A stretch of 64,000 nt of DNA from Cycas panzhihuaensis (taxonomy: Eukaryota; Plantae; Cycadophyta), in contig CM041465.1 in NCBI GenBank assembly GCA_023213395.1, positions 218,247,741 through 218,311,740 of the forward strand, written 5' to 3'. Positions 25,801 through 40,533 of the stretch are shown piece after piece. The notes below the pieces were generated by a model, which saw only the letters and a program-made list of their open reading frames with translations, had not been told where the DNA came from and did no database searches. Made by a program: the position numbers and the translations under genes. Each line of letters begins with the position of its first letter. The first letter of the stretch is position 1.

Positions 25801-27270
25801 TTTCTCATTGTCTAATAAAATCTTATTTTATATTTGCTTACTAAAGAAAATCTTACTAGATAATTAGGTAAATAAGATCTACATTTATAGGAGTTTGATT
25901 TCTAGATTATTAATAAAAAATACAAGAAAGGCATGGTAGTTAATAAGATGATGGCTAAGGCCCCATTACCTAATCTCTCAAATGAATATATGGATGATAA
26001 ACTTCCTAATGAACATATCCTTTAGGTAGAAATTATCCATTTAGAAGACATATAGTACAAAGAAATAAAATCCTACCTTTCAAACCTTCCCTTCCCTTCC
26101 TCTTCTTCCTCAAAGAAGAGAAGGAGAATTTGAGCTACTATTCACTAGTATCTTTTATTAGATAATGTTCTATATAAGTGCTTATTCAATGAGATTCTAT
26201 GATAATACTTCTCTCTTATTGAAGCTCAAATTTTCTTAACTAAATATCATGATGGTATTTGTGGAGGCCCTTTTGGGGGTCAATCCATTACCCAATGTAT
26301 CTTATGTATGGGATATTATTGGCCTTCACTATTTAAGGATGCACATATATATTTTTATTAATGTGACAAGTGTCAATTTTATGCCACTCTCATCCATCAA
26401 CCAGCTCAAGGCCTTAAGTCTATCATATCTCCTTAGCCATTTGCTCAATAGGGGTTAGACCTTATTAGATAGATTTTCCTCCCATCTTCAAATGGATATA
26501 AATTTATTATAACAGCTACTAAATATTTTATGAAATAGAGTAAAGCTATTCCTTTAATCTTGGCTACTGGGAAAGTCATTACTACATTTATCTTTCAATA
26601 TATTATCTATAGATTTAGAGTTCTATACATCATTATTACTAATAATGGAACCTTATTTTGCAATCCTTATGTGAAAGAGTTATTTAAAAATTTCCATATC
26701 ACTTACTGACTCTCAACTCCATACCATCCCTAAGCTAATAGACAAGTAGAAGCTTTTAGTAAAACATTAGCTAAGATTTTGGATAAAACCATTACTACTT
26801 TCCATCATCATTGGCATGTATGATTATTTCCTACATTATGGGCCTATCGCACTTCAATTAGAAATGCTATTTAGATGATGGCATTTTCTTTAGTATATGG
26901 ATCTAAGGATATCTTGAATTTATAGGTCAAAATACCATCCTTACATATCTCCTTAAAAGAATTTACTAATGAAGAATTTCAAAGAGAAGCTCATTTTTTA
27001 GAATCAGAAAAAAAAGATGAAACACACTTAACTACCCTCCAAAATAACTTGTCTTCAAAAGCTAGATCCTAAGTAGCTTATGATAGATAACTAAGGCCAC
27101 ATAAGTTTAATATTGGTGATAAAGCCCTTTATCTTGAGTATCTATATGATAGATAGTAAAAATTCACACCCGATTGGGTAAGATCATATCTAGTTGTTAA
27201 AGATTTAGAGAATGGTGCCTATCGTATCTCAAATCAATTAATTTATAATTTTTGAAAAAATTCTATGCTT
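22850..27270 (+). pseudogene. pol: Gypsy pol remnant of C (PR, RT, RNase H, integrase)
   Basis: VIIDEGSSINV and ILLGRPW (PR); NDACPKDNFPLP and YLDD (RT); FISRTL (RH); HDGICGG, GYYWPSLFKDAH and YHP*ANRQVE (INT). Numerous C>T and G>A stops. Confidence 0.9.
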
Positions 27271-28499
27271 GACACTTAGAATATATTCTATGTAATGAGG
27301 GTAAACTATGGCTCCAAATTCTTTATCATTTGATGAGCTAAAACTAGGGATGATCCTCTTTACCTTTTCATCATAACTTTCATTTACATGAAATTACAAC
27401 TTGTCTCTTTATCTACTTCTATTTTTAGAGTGAGTTTGAAGCTTATTATATATGAATCATTCTTAATGATCATGTAAGACTATTACCTATTTATTAGTTA
27501 TAAGAATTGGTTATTAAGCATACACCTTTACCTTAGTTACTTTGATTAGAGGACTCATAATCTTCTCTTATAAGTTCCAAACTTAGGAGAGAAGTTAGGC
27601 CCCTAGCTCTATTAATCTAGATCACAGTCAAATATAAAGCTTAAGTGGTCAACTTCAATTGATGCATGAGATACTTTGCTCACTTTAGATTCTTATTTAT
27701 TAATATCAAGACTTATTTTGCTTATATACATTTACATACACTTATTTGACTTTGTGTTTGATATGATCCTTGGTATTCTCTTACTATATTCCTAATGTTA
27801 TTGCTCATTCTACTAACTTCCCCTTATACTTAGAGACATAGTAATTTAGAGATCCTTTCTTTTCCCATGGTTTAATATTTAAGGGATTTGGTTGATAGCC
27901 CTTAATATCCTAGTTTTATTAAAAAGGATCATCCTTATTGTACTATGAGAAGGTGTTTTATGATTAGGTGAGTCATCTGTCATTTATAGTTGTGTTTTCT
28001 CTTTCATATTATCTTGATGAAAATCATGTGATGGTTGTAGCCAAGGTGATGAACGAGTATCTTCCAAAAAGTGGGTTCAGTGATGTTTGGTTCACCATGA
28101 CCCTTGTTTGAACCATTGTATAGAATGATATGGTCATTAGTGTTTATTAAAAATAAAGAAAAAAAATAAGTTAGAAAAAAAGAGAAAGAAGTAAAAAATT
28201 AAAAAGTAAGTAAGTAAGTAAAGTTGTTTATTTTTTATTTGTACCCTCTTGTTATTCAGAGCAAGTTGCATGATGGCTTTATCTCCACCTATATCTATTA
28301 TAGGTTGTGTTCATTTAGGTCTATCGTTTAAGACCTTTAAATCTAGTTGCTTAGGCTCATTGTGGCCTTAATTATGATTGAAACCTTTTTGACACCATAT
28401 AATCTTTATTTTTATGTTTAATGTGATGCTCTTATGATGATTAAGCCTAATAATGATCTTATCTCCCTCATGTATAGTCAAAGCTAACTCCCTCTTTAT

Positions 28500-30874
28500 A
28501 ATAACTTTGATGTGTACATTTGAATGCTTGTTTGTTATTATGTGGAATCAATGATTAGTTTTTTATTCATCACTTTATGGTTGATTATGATTGCATTTAT
28601 ATCTGATCTTTTATAATGTTACTTTAGACTATGACATGGTGATTGAATGATTAGTTATATATGATGATGATTATTCACTTGTTCATGACTAATAATATGG
28701 AGCATGTCTTATTTTCTACCCAATTTTTTAACCACCTTATTTAAATACTCTATGTCATTCTACTTTATATTTGACATTGCTTCAACTTACCTTTGTTGAT
28801 CTTTTTACATGTTTAGCCACATTTTAACCTCTAAGTTACACTGATTTTGGCTTTATCAATTAATGTTTAAACTCAATAATCCTTAGTAGACTGACTGTTC
28901 TAAGAAAAAAATGATTTGTTTTGAGTTTTGAGTCATTTTCCCCTTGATTGTATTTTTTATTATGTTAAAAAGGTGACATTCTTAATAAAATATAACTAGT
29001 TATGTTTTATTAAGAAGATCATATTTTTTGTTCTTAATAAAATATGAACACTACATTTTATTAATGAAATTATATTTTTGACTATGCTATTCATAATTTT
29101 TTTCAACAAAAATATGGATTCCATATTTTTCTCAGCCCACATTTCCCAAATCTATGAGAACTCATTACCTTATTTCCTCTAGTTGCCTCTAGACCTTATC
29201 CATGCAAAATCTTATGAGAAATCACTTAGATCATGGCCAAAAGTCTTGGCATGATTTTTTATTAGAATGGATTCCTTAATTTGAGAGAAGGGGTAGGGGA
29301 GGGGGTACCCATTGTCATCCATCAATAGCATCTAGTAGCAATAGACTAGCCTATAAAGAGTTCCTTTTGACTGAGTTTTGAGAGTTTCTCTAGTATGTTC
29401 TTTTCAAGTGGTTTTCTTGTTTTCAAGATTGCCAAGTTTTCTGTGAGATTTCACTTGTCTTTCCTATGTTGTTGAGATTTGATTGGGGACCCATCCCTAT
29501 GAGACTTTATTAGTCCTACTATGAGGGATAATGGGCTATATTTACCTTATCTCTTACTTAGTTCTCAAGTCTACTTGCTAATTTATCCATTGAAATCAAT
29601 CTTACATAGCTTCTACTAATTTAGTTTATGTTATTCTCCTTCTCTACGGATACTTTCATCATCATTTCTATCATTCCCATGACTATAAGGACTTGATGGT
29701 AAAGATTGGGCAAAAATATGGCACCATTCTATGGTAACTATTACTAGATTTAATCACCATCAAGGTAATATTGTTTAGTTTTGTCACTAGTTGGGTTTTT
29801 AAAAAATAGGAAAAAAAAAAAAAAGTTCTCTTGTTCTTCTTTCTTTAACTTTTACATTATCTAAAATTGAATGATTTGATGATAAATTTTACTTGCTAGA
29901 AGTGCTCTAGTCCTCTCATGTAAGTTATTTTAACTCTCTAATTCTCTCTCTCTCTTTTATTTTTCAATAAGTTTGGCCTTTCAAAGGGTTGATACATTGA
30001 TTCCCAAACTCTTGAGAGGAGGAAGAATTAAAATTTTGAGAAATTCCTTAGGTAAACTAGTTATTTTCTTACATGAAAAGGCTATTTTCATATTATATGC
30101 TAGTTGAACATAATATCAAGTAGCTTATAAGCTTGCATGTGAAGTATATTATATTTTTATCTATTGTTGTAATACTTTTGCTTTGTGTCTTTTATCATTG
30201 ATCTCTATTTTGGTGCAAGGAGGGATTTCAAGAGAGAAGAGTTATTTCATCACCAAAACTATCATCAGATACACATCTCTTTTTTTAGTCTCAAAATCCA
30301 TTAAAAGGTATAGTAAGAAAAAGGAACTAAAGTGAATCATCTCTTGTCCTTTATTTGTTTGCTTTGATTACTTTTTCTTGTTTTATTTACATACATAAGA
30401 AAAGAAAAACCATTTTCTGAAGTTGGGTTTAGTGGGTCCTAGGTTTGAACTTATAATTTCATGATTACCTGCTCCTTTAAGCTTTGTCTTCTTTTGAGTA
30501 CACTTAACTAGTGAAAAAGGAAAATAAAAGAGTAAGTAGTAGGATAGCTATAAATACAACTTAGATACTTAGATCTCTCTTTCCTCTTGTATTCTTGATT
30601 ATTTTTGCTTGCATGCATGTTGAATGATGGTTTTATATAAATGAAAAACGCACTTTAATTATTGCACATAGGTTTATTTTGATGTTAGTCTTAGATCTAT
30701 TTGAGTTTCTTTATGCATGAAAATGTTTTCATCTTGTAGTTACACAATTTTCTTAGTCTAGATCACATTCATGAGTGGGCAAGGACTCCTTCTCAGGAGT
30801 TAGTCTAAAAGTCTTGCTCTTTAGACTAGTCATTGTAGTCACCCTATTATGATTAGCCTGAACCTAACAAACTA
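28500..30874 (+). repeat. 3' LTR of gypsy C (start approximate)
   Basis: Direct repeat of the 5' LTR. Confidence 0.85.
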
Positions 30875-33800
30875 GGTTGGTTCTAGAAGTAAAATACAAA
30901 GTCATCCACTATTAAAATTAGATTTAGATTGGGCTTGTATATGAGTTTAAAACTTTATTTTTCATAAATTCCAACACTCATCATCAGACTAACTCTTCAT
31001 TTAATATAGAGAGTACCATAGTCTAGTATAACCTTTAGGTGGAGGTATGTATTTTTTAACAAGTATAATGATTCTTTACGATTCCTCTTTTTGTGTGTTG
31101 TTTTTAGTACAGGAAAATCTAATTTATATTCTAGGCTATAAAGGATTAAAACAACTAGATCCAATAATTTATCTTATATGATTGGTTTAAGGTCCTTGAG
31201 AGGCATGGGCTTATCTTATTTATAACTAGAAGGCTTTGGAAGGGGCTTAGATGGTTGAAAAAGAAATTCAATTATGGGGGTTGTGAATGTGGAACTAAAT
31301 TAACCAAATAAAGCAACTTGAGATTGGGTTTGAGTAATTTAAAAGGTAGGTACTCCTATGAGATTAGCACACAAATATGCTTGAAAGGTAGATACTCCTA
31401 TGGGGCTTACTACCCCTATGGGATTTTGTGAGAAACTATTTTATGATAAGAGAGCTAAAGAAGAAGGTCCTGATATAAGGTCTTACTTAAGAAGCTAGAT
31501 TATTAAGTGATAACAATAATAGTTGAAGAAGTGCCTTAATGTTAACTTGAAGGTTATAATACCCTAAAGTTAAAGATTAAGGATTTGTTCCTTGATTTAA
31601 CATAGTAGTAAGATCACTAAGCATAGACTAGTGGGATGGTGAAGTGGTTCATATAAATTGACTTAAGAGCTAGTGAAGGAGGTCCAAGTTAGAGAAGGGA
31701 GTTCAACAACTCCCTCTCAGGACACTTATGCACCCCATGGATGTAGATGTAGGGATATAAGATAAAGTAAAAGATAAAAAACATTGTGAAATAAAGTAAA
31801 AAATGGATATAAAAGATAAGGATAATGTAACTGAAAACTAGATAGCTAAGCTACTAATTAGAGTAAAAGGTAAGCAAATAATCAAGTGCAAGTAATGAAA
31901 TAAAATCAAAGCAAAAGACCTTAATTATGCAAGTCCCTTTGGAAGGAGAAAATACCACCTTATAAAAATCCCAAGGATTAGGATAGTCATTGAAGCATAA
32001 ATGACCCAAAAGCTAATGAGATCCTATAAACTAAACTTAGGATTTAATCCCTCTAAAGATATTAACCTATAACTAACTTAATATATTAAATGAACACAAA
32101 TGTTAACTTGATTTAGAAGGAGAGAATTAGTGAGAAGAAAGAAAGAAGGGAGTTAGACAATAGTTTAAGGACCCACTTATAGATAAGATAATGGGGAATC
32201 TTTCACTTAGTAACATCCTACTCATGAGTGTGGGAAGTTTAGGGATGCCTACATCTAATTTGAATCAATCTAAAATCCTTAGAGGTGAATAAAATATAAA
32301 ACATTACCCTTAATAATACTAAATGATATTCACTTGACTCTCTTAGCAAAAAATAGTCAAGATAGTCACCCACCACTAGATCAATTAGAGTATGATAAGA
32401 CTCTTAAATCTTTCTAACTTAATTTTATTAATGATGATACCTAGTGAAATAGGATAGCCCCTCCTCTAGATGGGTGAAACCCTAATGATAAAAGAGATAA
32501 AAGGTTGAAAGAAAATGTTACACACAAGTATTATGCTATTTTACTTTGTGTATACAAAAAAAAAAAAAAAAAAAAACTAACTAAATATAAAACCTATAAC
32601 TCATGGATTTGGGGATTCACAATAATTTACTAAATCCTTATTCTAACATAGATTTGCTAAGTAGTCATGACCTTTAGTTAGTTAGTACATTAATCACCTT
32701 TCTTAAATATCATGCATGTTTTTAAACTAGTAAGCAAAAGAGAAGGAAGAATAAGTAGATGAGAGCATATATGCACAAGCTAGCCTTAATGTTTCTTTTT
32801 TATTTATAGAAAGGAAAATGAAGGGAAAAGAAAGGAATAATTGTGATTTTAATTTTAAAATGAAATACAATAATAAATTGAGTTCTTTTCATTTCTTTTT
32901 TTATGGGATTTTATACAAGAAATAATGTAAAAATAAGGGATAGTAGAACCTTTTATCATGCTTCTAAGCCTTATTTATACTTGCCTTTTCTTACCCTAGT
33001 TTACTTCCACATGGGATAAAATAATCACTAAGGAAACCCATTAGACATTAGTAAAGTTTAAATAAAATTTGGTAGTATCTTAGCTTTTCATATTTAGTTA
33101 TATCATAAAAAGTTTCTAAACTAGATCAAATACTTTAAGAAAGATGATTTAGAAAGAAAATAAAGGTTTGAATTAGAATATCAATATATGGGGTGAAATT
33201 GACAATACTTCCCCTACCCTATAGGTAGTTTTGACTTATGGGAACATGGTTCAACCTCCAAGTTACTTTTCCTTCTACCTCCTATAACTAAAATTCCTTT
33301 TAGAGTAGTTGTGAATCTACAAAAATTAGTTAGAAATAAAAAACAACATGATATTCGCTCGAAACTTGCAAATAAACTATGAAACTAAAACTTGAAATCA
33401 TTCCATATTATTCTTAGTATCCAAAGGGCCATATATGTGGTTAATGAACATAACAAATGATCCAATAACAACTAAAAGTTTCTCCCACACCATGAAAATA
33501 ACCTTTAGGCCACAAAATTAGTGGTTAGAAAGCTAAAACAACTAGAAAACTAAATAAATACATATATAATAAGAAAATAAAGTATAAAATGGTAGATAGG
33601 GAGTTTAGAGTCAAAACCAATGGTCAAAATCATGTGTTTGATGTGGACATAACCATAAAGTTACCTTGATCACATGCTAATGGATCAAAGCTTTAGGGTT
33701 TCGGCTCTGAATAACTTAAATAACACATTAATCCTCTCCAAGATAACTCTCTAATAAGTAACTCTAAGTTCAGAAAGTAAGATCATAAATGAGGTAAAAT

Positions 33801-34169
33801 TTTGATAATATTTCACTATAAAAATTATCCTCCTCTCCCAATGGAATGAAGCAGCTATTTGTAGAAGGCTACAAATTGGTTTAGGGTCATGGGTTTAATG
33901 AAAACCATGGGTGAAGCCTATGGTTTTTGGCCATGTGTTTATTGAAAGGAATCAAAATGTTTGTTGGGGAGAATAATGGGCTTATTCATTTCCTTTAAAC
34001 TAGGTGCTGAAATTACATGATTTTTGGCCAAAGGAGGAAGAGAGGTTAAGCATTAATTATTTTTGCTATCTGTGAAGTCTATCCTTAAAAAACATCCAAA
34101 AAATCATCTAGAAAGACATTAAATAAGTGATTAACTAGTGTTATAATTTTCTAATACGGTCAGGCTTTC

Positions 34170-34345
34170 CCTATCTTAAATTTTAGAATGGGATACCTAG
34201 CACCATTATAATATGTATAATGGAATGAAACATCTAATTTAAAAAAATATAAAGCCCTATAATGAAATTACAATAGTGTAAGATACCTTGTTACAAGTTT
34301 CATGATAGGGCAACACATCCTATTTTAAAATTTGTAATGGGATTG
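34170..34345. repeat. Degenerate array of ~31-bp palindromic units
   Basis: Units such as ccattataatatgtataatgg and cctattttaaaatttgtaatggg. Confidence 0.5.
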
Positions 34346-34889
34346 GGGTTGACAATAGGGCCAAAAAAGGTTGGGAAAAGATTAATATTAAGAATTTATA
34401 CATAGGTAAAACAAATGAATATTGATAAAAAAAAGGTATAAAAGGATGTCAAAGGTATCCAAGGTGTAACAAAGATCCATTTCTCATTGAATAGGGCTAG
34501 ATGTATGATTTTCATTATACCACTAGTAGATATTAATTGTCATTAGCCAAGTACTCATACATCCATCACTAAATAATAATCAAACATTAGCATACATGGA
34601 TATTAAATTATAAATCTAATTGAAATATAAATGAGAAATGTATACTTATCTTACTTATGTTGTGATGGATGCTAGAATCTTGGTTTTAAGAAACATTTTC
34701 CCCCTTAACAATAAAACCTCTTTAAACTTGGGATACAAGATGGTTAATGTTGTCAATACTACTCAATAAGTCTTGTGTATGTGAAGAAATATATCTGGGA
34801 TGGGCATGTAATGGAGAAATAACTTAGAAGCCATATCTTTATGTAAAACTAAATGATAGATATTGTAATAGTTTAATGTCCTTAATAAA

Positions 34890-35420
34890 AATTTAGAGAA
34901 TGTCTTCCTTAGTTTAACCTCATCAAAAAGAACATTAGAGGTTTAGTCACTATAGTGTATCATTATTAGTAAAAGATTATAGAATATCACCCTTAGTTTA
35001 ACTTCATTGATAAGAATATAAGAGAATGTTTCCTTTAGTTTAACCTTATTAATAAGAATATTAAAGGGTTAACTACCATAGTTTATCCTAATTAGAAATA
35101 ATTTTTTAGAGGTAAAAGGCACCATGATATTGCTTCTTTAGTATTTGGCTTTAGAGGTATGGTAGTTTAGGCTTATTCTGAAGCACTATTATATGAAAGT
35201 GGGATTAGATTAGGAGCTTGATACTTAAAATAAACTTATAAATCTAGATAAATTATTAATAGTAGGTGGTCACCATGGTTTACCCTTATTAGAAACTTAA
35301 TTTTAGAGGATTAGTAGTTTAGGGTCATTCTAGAATATCAATAGTTTAATCTCATTTTGGAGCAGTGGTAATTTAAACTCATTTTAGAGCATTAGTAGTT
35401 CAAACTTATTCCAAAGCAAA
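34890..35420. repeat. Degenerate tandem repeats (~40-bp, then ~26-bp units)
   Basis: Recurring cttagtttaacctcat and tagtagtttaaactcattttagagca-like units. Confidence 0.6.
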
Positions 35421-37574
35421 ATAAAGATTATCTTAGAAGCCTAATCTAGGTAATGGGCTTAAATGCTATAAGAAATGGAATAATCTTGCCATAAGTGGTA
35501 CTCAAAGATACCTATGACCAATTGTTTGACTTCATTATTTTATTCTTAAGGGATGTGTCAAATTGAGATAGATAAAAATTAGGTTAATAAAAACTTAACC
35601 ACATTTTTAAGGGTAGGTAATTTAAGGCAATGAACTTAGTAGATCTCTACAAGCTAGTAGACAATTAACTATGAGTCAAAAAATAGCAAAATAGGGTCTA
35701 AGTAAATACATAGCGCATTAGTTAGGGCTTTTATAATTGTAGTGTATTTAATTATGTTATTGTTCACTATTGGAATACACATTATAATAATTATTAAGAT
35801 ATGTCCTCTTTAGTCATAAATGATCTACATACCAATAAAGGGTCTAGAGCTTCTATGATTTTTCCCATCAATGTAGATGATAATTCCATAGGGATGTAAT
35901 GGTCACTCAGAGATAGTATAATGAATAAAGGGAATTGCATGAGAATCAAACAATATGAATGTATATCATGAATATAGACTTAACTTTAACTACTAATTTG
36001 TTTAGGAATTAGGGTCTATGGATGGGTTGTGTCACTTAATTACACTTTTTAAAATTAGCTATTTTGAGCTCCAAATGTCAAACAAGTTTTAATCTTAGTT
36101 GAGACTAATAAACCCAAATAACTAGATTTGAAGGTCCTAAATTACACACACAACCATACTTGAATTTTTTGCAACAAGTGTAGACTAAGTCATCACATGA
36201 CTTATACTAGATTCTTAGAAGGTTTAATGAGTCTACGTATAAATATATAGTTGTTCTTCTATTTTCTTATTTTTTTATCTCTTTCTCTTTTTTAAAATAA
36301 TTTTCTTTTGCTTTTTCTCTTTATGTTCTTTCTCTCTTTTCTTTTTATTATTTATTTTTTAAGGGAAGTATCACTCTATACAATGTTTTAGATGAGGATC
36401 ATAGTAAACCAATTATTGTTAAACCTATTTTCTAGGTGATATATTTTATCTAGTTCCACACTTGTCTTTAGTGACTAGTTGACTATAGTAGTCATGTGAT
36501 GTTTATCGAGGTGCAGTGGATGTAGTTGTTGGGTTTTTAGAATGATGCAATAATAAAAGATCAACCCATGTGTCACTATACCTTTAGAATGACAATAGGA
36601 GTTTAATAAAGTGGGACTACAATGAGTCCTAAAATTAGATCCTTAGTGGTTGAACTGCATATAGTTTTTGGGTTATTCATTAAGGGTGTAACTAAGTACC
36701 AAATTAGGGAAATGTATGGAGTAAGGTAGCTCAAAAAAGTTGTTATAGTATACTAGATGTATTTATTTCTATGAGGATTGTGTTAGACATTAGTGACCAG
36801 ATTGATTTTATAATAGGAGTGTTAGATAATTGTCTCAAATATTAGTGTCTAAAAAAATAGTAAGAAACAAGTGCAAAGGGCTATAGAAAATGCTAATAGG
36901 AATGAGAATCTAGGGGATGTACATGTGCAAAAATAATCCAAATAATATAAATAATAGTAAGGATGAGATTGAGGCTTAGACATATGTTATTTAATAATAC
37001 ATTTTCTTACATAGTAAGAAAAGCTCTTTAGGGAAGATTTTGGGGGCCTAATAAATAAAGTTTTTAGGATTTTCTTAGTGATGTGAGTTTATACAACCAA
37101 TGAATATGAGCTCAGAGCTTAAAATGGGGCCAATCAACTATAATCTTGAATATGTTTTGGCATATTTCTCATGGGAAGTTTTTAATATAACATGCATGCA
37201 TTAAGTAGTATATTTATGGCACCTTCATGAGCATCTTTGGCCATATTTAGCATGGGTGCACTTGCTTTTAGTTGATCATTTGGTCACTCTTAACCTTGTA
37301 TGTGAATAATGGTAAAATTATGAGTCATATAAAGCTCTCCAACAAATTATTTGATCACCTAAAGCTTAAGAAAACATATCACAAACTAGGGTTCTTACAA
37401 GTTTTTTATCTCATTTTTACATGCAAATTTTTAAGTTCAGGTTATTAGATTTTTTGGGCTTCCATCACTCCAGACTTAATCATGAGAGCATAGGTACTCA
37501 ATGATGGTGAGAAATAAAGTAGACCTAGTAAGCCTAAAGTAGCTTTTAGTTTTTAGAACCCCATAGTCCACCCG

Positions 37575-37597
37575 CCCCCCCCCCCCCCCCCCCCCCC
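37575..37597. repeat. Poly-C tract (23 nt)
   Basis: Read directly. Confidence 0.95.
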
Positions 37598-37769
37598 ACC
37601 CGGTCCCCATACACACACATTTAATGGTTTTCCATGGGCAAATTAGAAGCTTATTTCTTATGAAAACATGCAAAATAAGACTCTACAAGTTTTTATCTGA
37701 TTAGTTTTTATTAATTTTACTTTTTAATATATTATTTAAACTGTTGAGTGAGAAATAATTAGGCATGTT

Positions 37770-38030
37770 CCATAATAGAATATCATATTATGGATCACAC
37801 CTCCTTATAGGAATCAGAGTAGGATATGATGTCCTATTACAAATTGTATAATAAGACATCACATCTTATTATGATTTATATAATTGGATGTAACATCACA
37901 TTATAAAGGCTATATACAACTTTTTGAAGGGGATGCCACATCCTATTATAAAAATTGTAATGGGGTGTGATATTCCATTACTGTAAAATAATGAAATGTC
38001 ATGCCCTATTTTGAAATCATAATAGGATAA
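37770..38030. repeat. Second degenerate ~32-bp palindromic array
   Basis: gatgccacatcctattataaaaattgtaatgggg-type units, similar to 34170-34345. Confidence 0.55.
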
Positions 38031-38299
38031 AAATAGTAAAACAGGATAAGATAGAGAGTATGCAATTTTTATTTTTTTATTTTTTTTTAAGGTTTTTTTC
38101 TTGCTTTTTACCTTTCTACTATCTATGAGAAGATTAATTTATGCTTATCATGCTTGTAGGTGGTGAATGCAATCACTAGCAGAGAGTTTAGTGGGTAGGA
38201 TATATTGAACCTAGTAGCTTAGATAGATGACACCAATCTAACCATTCTTTTATAGTATGGGATGGCATGTATTTGTAGTTCATGTAAATATATGTTTGG

Positions 38300-38980
38300 T
38301 TAGGCCTTATTATTAGACTTAGTCAACCATTAGGATTAACAATTATAAGTTATCCATCTCCTATTATTTGGTGATTTGAGGATCATTACCAAATATATAT
38401 GTTATATGCTTAGGATGCCATATATTGCTCCACCTCCTATCTTGGGTATGTTGGACAAGAGTGATAAGGCTTATACATAAGACATGATTTTCTTTTAAGG
38501 AGGTGGGATTTGGAATTAGAGGGGTTTGATGATTACTATTTGTTTGAGTATTAAGGATATTTTTTAGGTAAAAAAAGGTTATTACCCATCACTAGACTTA
38601 TATGAAGCTTCCTAGTGGATGTATGGGGATAGTCTCTCATTACAAGGTAGGAGAGTGATTTAATTAGGTGTTAGTCGTTATAGCAAACATTAGGCTATAA
38701 TTAGATAAGCTTCAATTAGTTATCATGAGGCTATGTCATAGTCTAGATCTAGAGGATTTTCATACTATTTGATCCTCCAATATTGGTTCTTTGATCACTT
38801 TCCTATGGCATAGCCTCATGATGGCATAAGTGCCTTAGGTGTTGGTGGTTAAACCATCCATCAATGGCATTTTTGGTTCTATGGTAGAGGGTCCTAAGAA
38901 TTAATTAGCTGGAGCATTTATACTACTTAGGTGGATATGCTTAACTTGGATAAATTCATCTAAGATCCCTATAATAGGAT
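38300..38980 (+). pseudogene. Plant mobile domain (PMD, aminotransferase-like / MAIN-like) ORF remnant, antisense to gypsy E
   Basis: Colinear motifs IHLLLFGDLRIITKYICYMLRMP (cf. FHLPxGEMTITLxDVxxLLGLP), FN*VLVVIAN (cf. YxWGxAVLA), ILQYWFFDHFP (cf. LLQxWAWERFP) and DKFI*DPY (cf. FIWxPY). Confidence 0.7.
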
Positions 38981-40533
38981 TCATTAGGACTTTGATGTGG
39001 AGGAAGAGGTCCTAACTAGAGGATATAAAGATAGTGGTGATGATGGGAGAGGAGATGGTGATGACATGGGTGCAAGTGGTGCTAGTGATAACACTTTGGA
39101 AGGCTTGGGGTCTCTCTAATAAAAACATTAGAGGGGAGCACCTAATTTATTACTCATTAGCTTTAGGTTAAATGGTAAGGAGAAGCCCCTTATGGAGGGC
39201 ATTAATAATGAGGAAAATAATAATTTTATTATCATTTTCCTCTTTTCCTACTTTTCTTTTATTAGTGATTATATTTATTTTTCTCTCTTACATCAATATT
39301 AATTTAGTATTTTTATTTATGATTGTAGATCTATATGTATTTACTAATAGCTTATTAACTCTCTTATTTTAGAGGTCTATGTAGAGGGACAAACCCTAAC
39401 ACTTGAAACTAGACTTTTAGTAATAGATTTCCCTTATACTATCATGTTTATCCCATTAATAAGGGTGTGTGAGTTATACATCATAAATAAGGATGCACTT
39501 ACTCAACTCTTTAAACATCTTCATACATCAAGGACATAATTAGTAGGTCCTTTAGTTCTATGACTATGATTATGTCCTATAGACATAAAGAAGTTCTACC
39601 ATCTTGAGACTCGGGTTACTATTTTAGAGGTGGAGGCTTTTTTAATAACTTAAGAGATGGTTTGTCAGATAATAGAGGGGACTCAAATGATAGAGTTGAT
39701 AGTAGGGGTTTTAAGGTGGATAGGGCATTCTTAGATAGAGTTAGTCCATTAATGCAATACTAGGGTTTATAATTAGGTGAGATAGGCCTACAACATGATG
39801 TTCTTACTTGAGAAGCCCATGTAGATATGGTGGTAGATACTCCAATTAGGAGCAATCCACTAAAGGGTGAGAGGAGGTTTGGTGGATGTGTTTTTTTGGG
39901 AGAATTAAGCCCACTTTATAAGCTTTTGAGTATTATATATACAATCACAGAAGCATAGGCTCCCTCAATACTTTATTGTACTTCATGTATCTCATTCATA
40001 TATTTTATTATATCCATCTATCTATCTATCTAAACATGCCAATTACACTAGGAGGTCAACATTATTTTCTTAAGAATTATTAGAATTAATGTTATCTCAT
40101 TATAAAATGGTGTAATGTTATATTATAATGTATTGTTAGTTTACGTAGTTATTATTATTATTAAAAGATGTCATTAAAAATCCATTGAATATGCCATTAT
40201 CCATTTTGATGTACATGTACTAATCTCTCATATTATGCAAAAGAGAGATGGAATGACAATCTTGCAAGGCTAATGCAATATACACTATGATAATATAATT
40301 ATACTATTTTCAGGTGTTTTTTCTTCCTCTAAAGGGGTTTTCCACCTATCTATATGTTGTCTCCTCTAGTTGATTAATCATGCTTTGAGATATTACATTT
40401 ATTTTCCCTCTCCAACATGGTATTAGAGTCAGGTTTAGACTATTTGAAGGAGGTTTCCCTCCCACATTACATGTTGCTATAAGTATTTAAAATTCTTAGA
40501 CATTTATAAGTGGGGAAAACCCAGGTTCTATTT

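Larger units (their letters stand above)
12300..30874 (+). mobile_element. Old Ty3/gypsy element C, non-chromovirus Tat/Ogre-like, with ~2.4 kb LTRs
   Basis: Diverged direct repeats ~12300-14673 and ~28500-30874. PBS-like tagaaactatactgggga at 14679-14696 (cf. tRNA-Arg-type TGGCGACTCCACTGGGGA). Domain order gag-PR-RT-RH-INT. Left boundary and TSD not fixed. Confidence 0.88.

Noticed and set aside
30875-34100. Possible LTR or gag-upstream region of a minus-strand gypsy
   Set aside because: No partner LTR, PBS or protein motif could be fixed in the window.
37476-37673. ORF with a poly-Gly run
   Set aside because: Artefact of the poly-C tract.
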